Source: Dimorphilus gyrociliatus (taxonomy: Eukaryota; Animalia; Annelida). Taken from it: 64,000 nt of DNA. A program made the translations under genes and the position numbers. Numbering within the stretch: position 1 is the stretch's first letter; each line of letters begins with the position of its first letter. The notes under the pieces were generated by a model. It saw only the letters and a program-made list of their open reading frames with translations, had not been told where the DNA came from and did not search any database. Of the stretch, positions 24,330 to 36,400 are shown one piece after another. The stretch spans positions 3,231,404-3,295,403 of the forward strand of contig CAJFCJ010000007.1 in assembly GCA_904063045.1 (NCBI GenBank), given 5' to 3'.

Positions 24330-25420
24330 CTAACTCTTAGTTTTACGATCGTTGGTTCATTTCCAACTTTATTGGTGCAAATATCATGTGACGAGTTTTA
24401 GCTATTCTTTGCTTTATCCATTTAAGAATCTTGTTAATGGGGTGTTAAAAGTAGGTAAAGGTGAGAGGAAATCTTGGCCAGTTTGTTGGAAGCTATTTAA
24501 AGACGATAGTGAAGGAAGTATTGAGGTTATTAAACACCGGAAGGTGCACGATAGTCTAATTAAACTGAACGTGACCGTTTGTATCACTTATTCGCAATTA
24601 TTGGAGACTCTATGTGTGTAATACTTTTAGTAGAGTTAGTCACGTGGAGAGAGACCAAAGTTCGTTTAGTTAGACTAAGAGAGCTTTTTTCTCAATATAT
24701 TTGCTACAAGTGGATAGAACTGGACTATTCTTTAGAGAGCCTCGATTACAAATCTAAAAAGGTGCTTCAATAATAGTCGATGCTCTATCAGACAATTTTT
24801 TTAGACTGTTGGATGACATTGAAGCCGAATTGACGACTCAGGAGAAATTGATCCGATTAGAGCAGACTAAAATGGGTGGGAGTGCTGTCAGAGTCGTATC
24901 TGTACACGAGGGAAATTTCGTGCGCAGTATAGCTTCTTTCCTTTCTAAAAACTCTTATTAAGAGTTCATTCATCGGTCAGTTGCTGCGTGTGAATCCAAA
25001 AAGAAACACTGTGATGAAAACGCTTTTTTTATTACTATTAAATATATGTCAGAACATCCCTTATAAGATTATAGAAACAGAGCACGTTCTCTTCATTGAC
25101 CTGTGTGACGTTGACTTCTTCAAAGCACAAACTACTAGATTTACCTAGGCATATGCCATAAAAATTTCCTATAATAGATACATCAATTTAGCTTAACAAG
25201 AAAACACTTCAATAATCAAAACAAAGCGAGTTTTCCAGCTGATCTATCTCCTCTACTTAGACATTTTCCGTATGTATGTATACAAGTAAATTATATTCGT
25301 TTCTTTCAAGAACGTTCCATTTACGGTCGTTTCGGGTGTTACTAAATTCTTAGAGATAATGAGACAGAAACTGAATACTCGGAGGAACGTCTAATGATTT
25401 TATCCATCCTTTAAAGTATG
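24330..25420 (+). pseudogene. Possible decayed coding remnant (weak NACHT/STAND-like motif)
   Basis: The region is GC-richer than its flanks and has long, stop-poor reading segments in shifting frames. 24761-24958 is open, and it continues through a stop at 24959-24961 as KNSY*EFIHRSVAACE. No splice model rescues it. Confidence 0.3.
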
Positions 25421-25933
25421 GAATGTTTTAATCAAGTCAAGATTTTATATATTTCTTAATAGATAAACCAATTTAGTGTTAATAATATAATATATAACAA
25501 AAAAGAAACAAAAATATAATTGTATTATTTTATATGAATAGAAATGTTCAAGGTTTAATAGAAAAAATACCCAAAATCGATAAAATAGCTATAACAATAC
25601 AACGTAATAAAGATAAAATCACAATTTCGTACCTCTTTTACCTTTCAAAAAAGCCGACGACGGTATTCTTCCTTTGAAAAAGAAAAGCTTTTCATCTTTT
25701 TCTTATTGGTAATCTGCTTTCATTCTTACTCTTTCGTTCTCCCTTCCCCCTTCCCTCTCACTCCCCCTCTTTTAATTTGGAAACTTCATCTAATCCACAA
25801 AAGGTTGAAATAGTTTGTGATAAATTGTATGTGTTTTTGTCATTTTTTATTAACTTTATGTTTTCCCTATAACTAAAAATATTTTGTAAAGAGTGTAGAC
25901 TTTTTTATTACCCTGAACTTATTTATTAATAGC

Positions 25934-27656
25934 TCAATGGAATAGCACCCATAGAGCAATAACAACATTGGTTGCTACTAATAGAGTGCCAAAAAGTAAT
26001 ATTACGGTAAAAATTGCCAATCTGCTGCTTTTTTCGAGGAATGGACTAAGCACAAGCTCTAAGATAGCCATTAAGATATACTGTCCATCTAAAGCGTAAC
26101 AAGGCACAACATTGAGCAAAGCCAATGCTCCACTTAAGCTGATTACGTAATTAGCAATCGTTTCTAAAACGTAAGGAGCATGCACAGGCACAAAGCTCGA
26201 ACGAGGAGTATAATCGCTTAAAGTCAGTGAATAATGTAAATCTAGAGGATGTCCCAGGAACAGGAGGGGTGCTCTTCTCGTATGAACAATACGTATTAAT
26301 CTCGTTGAATTGTCTAATGACGGTGTAGTACAGAAATTTGGTGAATTTGGTTTATAACAGTCTGACTGGAGTTTGCATGTCTGCCGATCGGAAGTGCTTC
26401 TGGCGGGTAAACAAGCATAATTTGGTTTTACTTTTGTAGTTTTGGTAAAATAGGAAAAGCATAAATGTGTTGAACTGGAGTTCGAACAGCATTCGACATT
26501 TCCATGCATTGTTTTAAGAATATTCGGCTGAGATATATCGTATTGTTTTATAAACTCAGCAGGAACACAGTAGCCAGTAGACTTTTCGGACAATGTTTTC
26601 TCTATACACATTGTCCATTGAGCAATATTACGAACTCTGCAGTTGTTCAAACTAGTTATTTGATCTCCTACCAAAAGACCGCGGGGTCCAGAAACAGCCG
26701 AACCGAGGACGATACTAGTTACAACAACACTGGCATTCGTTGAATAGAAGACTGATAAGATATAGGGCAAAATTAATCGAAAAACCAGGGCCAATATAAC
26801 AAGTACAATATTGTGCCAAACTCCAGCACAATAAATTCGGAGCTGCTTCAGCGGAGACAAATTGGTTAAATGCTCTGTTGATAAGTCAACAAACGCTCCG
26901 GGGTATACGGCCAAAATAAATAGACCAAATCCATGTATTTTGACCTGCTCACTGAGAGAATAAAAAGAATGTTCTTAATTTTAAAATCTACATTTAAATG
27001 TCTTTCAAACATTAAAATTAATTAAATTTCTTCTACTTACCGAACCGCTGCTATTGCGTGGCCAAATTCGTGCAAAACTCCACAAACTAGCAAAGTTAAT
27101 AGGTAATATCCAATTTGGTTAGTTGGAATATTAACACCGGGCATCTGTGTTTGTTTACATTATTATAAACAGAAAGTAAGAGAAACTTTAAACAAAAACT
27201 TACCACAGGAGTTAGAACTTGCTGCTCAACTGGACGCTTTCTCAGTGTATTAACAATCATTAATGTAAGTAATGTAATCGAAATAAAGGTAAAAAAAAGC
27301 GAAATGACAACACCAATTGTAAACCAGACTTTAAGGAAGTTCTTTCTCCATTGACCAAACCTGAGAAATTGCCTGTTTAGGCATGTGCTGTACCATCTTA
27401 TTTGACAAACATAAATAGACAATCCAGTTTTGTGAATAAAGTCTAAGTATTTGCCTTGTGAAGATAAACTTGTCTGAAATTATACATAAATATAAATAAT
27501 TATTCAGACGCACACACATATATATATATATATATATGTATATGTTTATATTATTTATCGAATGCAATCAGGCTTACAAACCTTCAAATATACATCACTT
27601 AAATACAAAATTGCCCAAAAACCCATAAACAAAGCAATAAAACTAGTAGCTATCAT
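25934..27656 (-). CDS. MBTPS2: Membrane-bound transcription factor site-2 protease (M50 intramembrane metalloprotease)
   Basis: Four exons. Motifs MIATSFIALFMGFWAILYLSDVYLK, VLHEFGHAIAAVR (HExxH), AVYPGAFVDL, RIYCAGVWHN, a PDZ-like and Cys-rich insert, and LNVVPCYALDGQ. Confidence 0.96.
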
Positions 27657-27936
27657 ATTTCATGAAAAATATTATAACTTCATTTTAATTTTTAAACGCA
27701 GCTTTTATTAGACATTAAATTTCATGTAGATTGAAGATATGATCGGAAATATGGCCAGTATTTTAATATTATCTGTTCAATGTATACTTTCATGCTATAT
27801 AGTCACATATAATATTAAAGTTGGACGTTTTTTTTGTTTTTATTTCTGCAGCACGCTACTGAGCGATAAACCATTGATTTAAGAAATCATACTCAAATAG
27901 AAGTAAATACATTTTCAAGGGATAGCATTATTCTTT

Positions 27937-28007
27937 ATCACGTGATCTGTCTTTTTTTCTGATTGGCCAAAAACTTTAGATTTTTTCGAATTCTCTTATC
28001 ACGTGAT
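27937..28007. promoter_or_regulatory. Two ATCACGTGAT E-box palindromes flanking a CCAAT box, in the MBTPS2/ISWI divergent intergenic region
   Basis: TTATCACGTGATC occurs twice (cores 27937-27946 and 27998-28007). GATTGGCC is at 27961-27968. Confidence 0.55.
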
Positions 28008-28742
28008 CATTCTGGACACTGCAAATAGGCTATATTTCGTCTCGAACATTTTATTTAAATCGGCCATGTTGAAATGTAATAAATATTACTTCCTAAAGTC
28101 ATTAAATTACGTCCTGATACCTCCATAAACTATACGAAATATTGAACTAAAAATCAGACATGACAGTCTTACTCATAATTTAGCAAACATTATTGACTAC
28201 CTATTATCAACTTAATGTTCTATTATTCTTATAAAAAGTCTATTGACTCATTGTGATATACAAGTACTAGTAGCATATTTGCAAAGATAAACTTTTATTT
28301 AATTCTAAAGATATTTCTTAGTTGTCATTTGCATTTAGGTTTAATGCAAATATTTGGTCTGACATCTCCTTGGACAAACTATTAAATTGATTATCAATGA
28401 CAGAGTGGATTCTAGCTGGTAAACAAGTTTAAATGTATTAAGTAAACTTTCTTTCCGCAAAGCTGGGCAAAGAGAAAAGTTCATTACTTTCACTTAATCC
28501 AGATTTTTCTTATACAAGCTTTGTTTATCTACTAGAAAAAACTATATATCAAATTAAAGTTTTCCGCTAATGATTTCCAAAAAACTCTATTCGGATTAAA
28601 ATATTAAGCTGTTTGTTAAAACCCGCCAAATTTTGCCTTCAAAAGAGCTCTAATAACTGGTAACAGATATTTTGCATAAATTTGCAAAAAGCGGTTATTT
28701 TCCCGACTGTTCATCTCTGATATCCGCTTAAACTGATCTAAT

Positions 28743-31700
28743 ATGTCGGATTCAGACGGAGATTCTTCAGCAACGTCCTCTTCAGAAGAGGTAATAGTAA
28801 GAATTTTTATTAAGTTTTTATTTAATAGTATTTGATTCACGATCTTTAGTAAACATGTACTATTTTTCGTTGGGTTCATTTGTATTCGTTTTCTTCCATT
28901 GTTTCCCTAACATAACTATCTTAGCAGAATGGCCGACCACTTCCAAAGCCGAGATCGGACACAGACTATCATGCGAAGATTGTAAGTAAATCATATTTTC
29001 TTGTTTCGCTGTCTAATAAACGATTTATTTTTTAGAAAAGTGATGCCACGAAAAGGTTCGACTTTCTTCTCAAACAAACGGAATTTTTCGCCCATTTTAT
29101 GGCTACTGGATCTCCAACAACAACGAAACCTACCTCCCCTCTGAAGATGCGTTTGGAACAAGTTGCCCAACAAGCCGAAGAAACCAGCACAAGAACTCGA
29201 ACAACATCTTCTTCGGATGATCATCGACATAGAAGAACTGAAAAAGAAGAAGACGAAGAATTACTAAGCGTGGCCGCAAAAACCAACACTCAATCGGGAA
29301 AAGTTACAAGGTTATTTGGAATAATTTCTGAGAAATATTACTAGACTTTTTTTTTTGAAGGTTTGAAGACAGTCCTTCATTTATCGAAGGAGGAAAGATG
29401 AGAGACTATCAGGTTCGTGGATTAAATTGGTTAATCTCTCTTTATGAAAATGGTATAAATGGAATATTGGCGGATGAAATGGGATTGGGAAAAACTCTTC
29501 AAACTATTTCTCTTCTTGGCTATATGAAGCATTACAGAAATGTTGCTTCACCTCACTTAATTATTGCTCCTAAATCAACATTATCAAACTGGATGAATGA
29601 GATAAAACGCTGGTGCCCTTCGATGACAGCAGTTTGCCTAATAGGAAATCAAGAACAAAGATCAGCTATAATACGAGATACACTATTACCAGCCACAGAA
29701 TGGAATATATGTGTAACTTCATATGAAATGATCTTGAGAGAACGAGCTGTTCTTAAAAGATTCAATTGGCGTTACTTAGTTATAGACGAGGCTCACAGAA
29801 TTAAAAATGAGAAATCTAAGCTTTCTGAAATGGTTCGAGAATTTCGTAGTACTAATCGTTTGTTGTTAACTGGAACACCTTTACAAAATAATTTACACGA
29901 ACTGTGGTCTCTTTTAAATTTTCTTTTGCCTGATGTATTCAATTCTTCAGATGACTTTGATGCTTGGTTTAACACCAACAGTATTCAATCTGCTGACCAA
30001 CAGCTAGTTCACCGTCTTCATTCAGTTCTACGACCATTTATGTTAAGAAGAATTAAATTGGATGTAGAGCACGCACTATTGCCAAAGAAAGAAACAAAAA
30101 TTTATATTGGCTTAGCAAAAATGCAAAGAGAATGGTATACAAGGATTTTAATGAAAGACATTGATATAGTTAACGGAGCTACAGGACGATCAGATAAAAT
30201 GAGGTTGTTAAATATTTTGATGCAACTTAGAAAGTGTACAAATCATCCATATCTGTTCGACGGTGCCGAGCCTGGACCTCCTTACACAACTGATAAACAT
30301 ATCGTTGATAATTCCGGGAAAATGATCCTACTAGATAAGTTGTTACCAAAGCTTAAAGAGCAAGATAGTCGTGTTTTAATTTTCAGTCAGATGACAAGAT
30401 TGTTAGACATCTTGGAGGATTATTGCTGTTGGAGAGGATATAATTATTGTCGTCTTGATGGCCAAACGTCACACGACATTAGACAACAACAGATTGATGA
30501 ATATAATGCGCCCAATTCATCTAAATTCATTTTTATGCTTTCAACGAGGGCAGGGGGTTTAGGTATAAATTTGGCAACAGCGGATGTAGTAATTTTGTAC
30601 GATTCAGATTGGAATCCCCAAGCCGATCTGCAAGCCATGGATAGAGCTCATAGAATTGGTCAAAAGAAACAAGTCAGAGTATTCAGATTAATAACAGAAA
30701 ATACCGTTGACGAAAGAATTTGTGAAAGAGCCGAAATGAAATTAAAGTTAGATAGCATTGTTATTCAGCAAGGTCGATTAGTCGACGGAGCTGGTAATAA
30801 ACTAGGAAAAGATGATATGTTAAATATGATTCGTCACGGCGCACAGCATGTCTTCTCTTCGAAAGACAGTGAAATTACTGACGAAGATATTGACAGCCTC
30901 TTAGAACGGGGTGAAAAAAAAACGAAAGAATTGGCTGAAAAACTAAAAGATATGGGAGAAGGGAATTTAAGGTCTCTAACGTTTGATACGGAAGATAATT
31001 ATACCATCTACGAATTCGAAGGCGAAGACTATCGAGCAAAACAAAAGGTTCAGAGTTGGATTGAACCACCGAAACGTGAGAGAAAAGCTAATTACGCAGT
31101 TGATGCGTATTTTAGAGATGCTCTAAGAGTAACGTCAGCCGAACCAAAAGCTCCAAAAGCTCCTCGTCCACCAAAACAACCAATTGTTCATGACTTTCAA
31201 TTTTTTCCGCCAAGGCTCTTTGAACTTCTTGATAAGGAGATATACTACTTCCGAAAAACTGTTGGATACAGAGCTGCTAAAAATCCAGATTTGCCTTCAG
31301 CTGAAGCGGAAAGAGAACGTCGAGATGAACAGAGAAGAATTGACGAGAGTGAACCACTAACAGAGGACGAAGTAGGCGAAAAAGATGAACTATTAAAGCA
31401 AGGTTTCACACACTGGTCCCGCAGAGATTTTCATCAGTTTATTAAAGCAAATGAAAAATACGGGAGAGATGATTTAGATTCTATATCAAAGGAAGTCGAT
31501 GGTAAAACTTCTGAACAGGTCATGGACTATTCTACTGTATTTTGGTCAAGATGCACAGAATTACACGACGTCGAAAAAATTATGGCTCAAATAGAGAGGG
31601 GAGAGGCGAAAATTGCCAGGAAGCATGCTGTTAAAAAAGCCTTAGACAGCAAAATGGAACAATATAAGGCACCTTTCCATCAATTAAGATTACATTATGG

Positions 31701-32096
31701 CACAAATAAAGGAAAAAATTATACTGAAGAAGAGGATAGATTTTTAATTTGTACTTTACACAAACTTGGATTGGAAAAAGACTATGTTTATGATGAACTA
31801 AGAATGTGTATAAGAAATGCGCCCCAGTTTAGGTAAAAATATAGCTAACAATATTTCCTATTTTAAATATTCATAACATTTATTTCAACAGATTTGATTG
31901 GTTTCTAAAATCTCGCACGTCTTCGGAGCTTCAAAGGAGGTGTAATACATTAATTTCGTTGATCGAAAGAGAACACATGGACAGTCAGCCGTCAGATGGA
32001 AAACGTAAAGCTGGTAGTGCAGCTGGACTTCCAGCAAAGAAAGCCAAACATGAGGATTCACCCGCTCCAGCAAAGTCCAAATCAAGAAGAAGATAA
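28743..32096 (+). CDS. SMARCA5: ISWI chromatin-remodelling ATPase (SMARCA5/SMARCA1 family)
   Basis: Exons ~28743-28790, 28928-28981, 29036-29310, 29361-31832 and 31892-32096. Motifs [97 protein letters not shown]. Confidence 0.97.
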
Positions 32097-32279
32097 AGAA
32101 TTCCCTCAATTCAGCCTTTTTTCTTTATTTTATGGATGTTGTTTTATTTCATTAGAAAGACGTATCGATATAGACCTTTTTTATAAAGCATATGTACAAA
32201 GAAACAGGAAAATACATTCTTTAAATTATTATAAATATTATTATCAATTTCTGTTTTTACAAATAGTAACTTTTAATTT

Positions 32280-32984
32280 CTAAAACTTAACTACTTTAAC
32301 TTTTTTAGTCCGTACAGGTTCTTTAACAGTTTCTACCGCTTCATCATCAACATTATTATCCGCTAATGTTTTTAATGTTGTATGAGCTATACCGCTCCTT
32401 TTCATAAATTCAGGACAGTCTTTTTTAAAGTGTTCTACAGAGCCGCAGGATCGACAAGAACCCCCATTTGGATAAAGTCCTTTTGGATTATCTGGACACT
32501 GGTTTGATAAATGACCAGTTTCTTTACAAATAAAACAAGTAGCATAGGGTAATTGTCCGTCTGGTACTTTAACCCTACAAGTATGCATTGAATGTTCTGT
32601 TGAACCGCATTTAAAGCAAATACCATATCCAATTTTTGTCTTTGATTCTGGGCAGTGCTCTGCCGAGTGTCCAGGTTTTCTACAATTAAAGCAGGCCTTT
32701 CCCAACTCTCTCTGATCTATTCGCTTTATTCTACGGTTTTCTCGTCGATCATCCTTTCGGATAACCGTGTCGATTGCTTCTGCGGCCTCTGTATCATCTT
32801 TATATTCTGTTTTTAAGTTTTCTAATCTTTCCCGTTCTTTCGAATAAGTTTTGGATTCAGGGTGAGGCCGTTTTAGATTTTTGTTTCCTTTCTTTTCTGG
32901 AACTTTCTCCGAGAGTGACGACCAGCTTGATGCCTCGTGTGGCTTCTTCTGATTTGCAGGACCACCTCTAGCGAATCTTGTCAT
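32280..32984 (-). CDS. ZCCHC9: Zinc-knuckle protein with four CCHC fingers (ZCCHC9-like), single exon
   Basis: 234-aa ORF starting MTRFARG. It contains RRENRRIKR followed by CFNCRKPGHSAEHC, CFKCGSTEHSMHTC, CFICKETGHLSNQC, NPKGLYPNGG, CRSCGSVEHFKKDC. Confidence 0.9.
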   Translation of the reverse strand: MTRFARGGPANQKKPHEASSWSSLSEKVPEKKGNKNLKRPHPESKTYSKERERLENLKTEYKDDTEAAEAIDTVIRKDDRRENRRIKRIDQRELGKACFNCRKPGHSAEHCPESKTKIGYGICFKCGSTEHSMHTCRVKVPDGQLPYATCFICKETGHLSNQCPDNPKGLYPNGGSCRSCGSVEHFKKDCPEFMKRSGIAHTTLKTLADNNVDDEAVETVKEPVRTKKVKVVKF

Positions 32985-33323
32985 GCTTTCTAACTCGATT
33001 TAAAAGTATACATTGAAAATATTGACGAACTATGGTTTATGCTCGAAGTAACTAAAGTTAATTTGAAAATAGATTCGGAATACAATCCACACAATCAATA
33101 ATTTAACGAACCAGCCAACCGTCTACCTTAATAGAAAAAAACAAAAGTTTCATAAATATAATAATTTTTAAATTGAAAACTAATCAGATTTTTTATTACT
33201 AATTTTGGTTAAAATTTTACTTTTGGCAAAATATCTATGAAATAAGGTTTTTATAAACAAAATTTGATAAAAGTATACCATATCGCTCATTTAAACCAAT
33301 CAACGTCTTCGTCTTATAATTCA

Positions 33324-33358
33324 ACTTCCGATTTCAGTTTCTTCATGAAAATGGCGGC
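33324..33358. promoter_or_regulatory. ETS-like and YY1 motifs in the ZCCHC9/separase bidirectional promoter
   Basis: ACTTCCG at 33324-33330 and AAAATGGCGGC at 33348-33358, within the 491-bp gap between the divergent ATGs. Confidence 0.5.
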
Positions 33359-33475
33359 ATCATAAATAAGGCTGGTTTTTAATAGTTAATTTCGATAGCA
33401 GCAAATCCTCGACTAGTTTTCTTTGAACCTGAAAAAAAAAGTTTTATCTAGTAGTTTCCTATCTATCGAATTTCT

Positions 33476-36400
33476 ATGGCAGATAAAGCAAATAAAATAG
33501 AAAACTTTCTAGAACAGCTGAAGGTAGCTAAAGAAGTTAACATTAAACCTTCAAACAACTGTCTAAAAGGATTAAAACTTTTAAATGAATCTCTTAAATG
33601 CTTGCCTAAAAATTCCGACTATTTCTTCACTAATATAACTCAATTCATCGTCCGAATATTATCGATTAATTACAACGAATACAAGGAAACGAAAGGGGAG
33701 CTCGTGACTGAAAAATTATGGATAAAAGCACTATATGAGACAATTTATTATTTATTACAAAATTTGGATAAGTTCATCAAAGGTATTTATTATACAGAAT
33801 TAACGGTTGTTGTCATTTACTATGAAACAATTTTACAGATCGAAAACAAACTATGAAAGAAATTCTTCTTATAATTCAAAAATTTCATAGCATTTTGGAA
33901 AATTCCACAGAGAATAAACATAATTTTCTTCGTTCCCAGTACTGGAATTTAGGTATTAATACCATTTTTGTAACTTAATAGTATTAGTAATACTAATTAT
34001 ACTTGGTTCAATACAGCTGCTGTAGTAAATAAATACTGCTTGAATTTCCATAAAGATTTTGTTGTTGACATCTGCGAGTTAGTTCTAAATTGCTTAAAAT
34101 TTTGTATTGATTTACAAGACTCAAATGAAAGTCGTATTAAGACGGCAAAGGACGTAAGTTATTAAATTTCTAATACAGTACTAATTATTGATCCAGAATG
34201 TATTAATAGGCAAAGCTGTCAACATTTTACAAAATTCTTATTGACGAGTTATTTCGAAATAAGAAATATGATTTAATAGAAAAGTTCCTAAATGAGTGGA
34301 GAACGTTCAATGACGACGAATTCTTAGCAACTATAATTAAGTATGATATTAAGCTGAAGATGCTTTCCAGTAATCATCTTACTTCCGCTCAGAGGTATAG
34401 ATAATTCTTATAATAATCTATTCACTAAACTTTTCTAACTTATGCTTCTACAAAACTTCAAAAGAGAAATGAAAGTGCAAGATCTTTTAGGAAGTATTTT
34501 AAATGAATATGAAGAGGTTGAATCCGATAGTGCATACGAAATCAAAGCCTACTGTTATTATCTAAAATATTTATTTCAAGATGAGCGAATTGTTCTAGTA
34601 AGTTTATCATACCATTGTATTTTTATAATTTATGAATGCCAATAGAATGAAATAATTCATTCTTATTTTGTAGAATTTAACTGATGAAAAATTGGAGAAA
34701 CGTAAAGAACTTATTTCAACTGCCAAATTACCTTCTCTCTTTGCTCAATACAAAAGATGTTCAATTCTAAAAGATTCTCTAAATATGTGGAAGAAAGTCA
34801 AAAGTTTTGATAAGAAAGATAATTCTACACTTAAAGAAATTGTGACAGAAATTATAATTATAGCAGATATTTTTAATCTGTTACGAATGGTAAGTATTAT
34901 TAATTTTATTCTTTAATGTTCATTTAATTACACTTTCAAAATAATTCAATACAGCCAAACAAAGAATTAGAAACACTCTTCTTAGTATTAGGGGCTATTC
35001 AATCCAGAACTGAACGACGTTTATTAAATATTCATTTAGAGATTTTATGGAGGCTCATTTTTCTATTCAGTGAAATGAATTCTCTCTCCTGCGCTAAAGA
35101 AATGCTTGTTAAAGCTGAAACCATTTTAAACTGTAGTAGCTTTCAAAAAAATGACATCTTAACCATAAAGTTTGCTCTTTGTAAAGCTCACGTTAATTTC
35201 CTCACTGGAAAGGTACAAAATTTTTCATATGATATCTGTATGGTTTATAGTAATAAATCTTTTAATAGATTAAGGAAGGTCTAGAATTACTGCAAGAAAT
35301 AATTGATAGCTATCAACCGTCATTTTGGAAGAATATGACAACTTTACCATTAAAAATATCTATCGATATTTTATTAGCTAAAGTTGGTTCCTTTTGTAAA
35401 TGCAGTTTTTTGATTAATAATACTTTTTGATGTGTAATTTTTTACTTTTAAAATTATAGATGTCGATGAGAGATGATAGATTTATATGCAAAACCCACTA
35501 CCTGGAACAGGCTGTTACAAAATGCTTCAAACTCATTAAACTACATTTTGTTTGTAAGGAGGATAATACCGATCTAAGTAGGATAAAAATTTTTGCTTTA
35601 CTTTTAAATCTTACAAAGGTTGTATTTCAGTTGAACGCAACGATAAATATAGAGTATTATCATTGTCCTTTAATTGCTTGAAAGACTATATCAATTTGAT
35701 GATAAAGATTGGTGATACTCGTTATGTCGAGGTCTATTTGCACGAAGGAAAAGCTTTGGCTATTTCTTTATGCCTTCCTCATTGGTATTTATTCAATATT
35801 TCGTTATGAGATGCTAAAACTTATTCTTTCAAAGGGTTGTTGAATTTCTTATCTTGCAAGAAAAATTCGAAGTAATGACTGATAGATTGAAGTCAGCTAC
35901 TGTAACATTACATCAAGTCGAGTACATTCTTACATCAGAGACAATCCCTGTCACTGAGGCGGAAGCTAAGCAGAAATCAAAGACAAAAGGATCTAACGAT
36001 AATGCAAATGAGGGGGATAATGAGGACGAAGAAGAAGAAGATGATGATGACGATGATGGATTTGAAATTAAATCTAGTGCTGTTTTAAATCAGAATGCGG
36101 AAGATGATGAAAGTGGTCATGAAAGTGAAAGTGGTTTAGACGACGGAGAAGATGATATGATACTCTCTCGTCGTTCAGAAAAGAAACTTGAATATTGGGA
36201 ACACGAATCTTGTTCATGCGATTATTGCAGTGACATTATTTTACAATCTGCCATATTAAATTATTATTATAGAACAGTTGAGTGTGCAGAATCGAAAAAT
36301 GATAAAAAAGCTGTTGATTCTGCTATGAAACCTTTACCTATCATCTATCATACAGTTACAACGAAAGGTTACGAATGTTTAAAGACAGCCTTTTACTCTT

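Noticed and set aside
24750-24775. Apparent -1 frameshift junction (TCT AAA AAG) linking two ORFs
   Set aside because: It is not a canonical X XXY YYZ slippery heptamer, I saw no clear downstream stimulatory structure, and later in-frame stops favour decay.
27200-27280. Absence of the poly-Ser tract found in human S2P
   Set aside because: The tract is a low-complexity lineage-specific insertion, so its absence is unremarkable.
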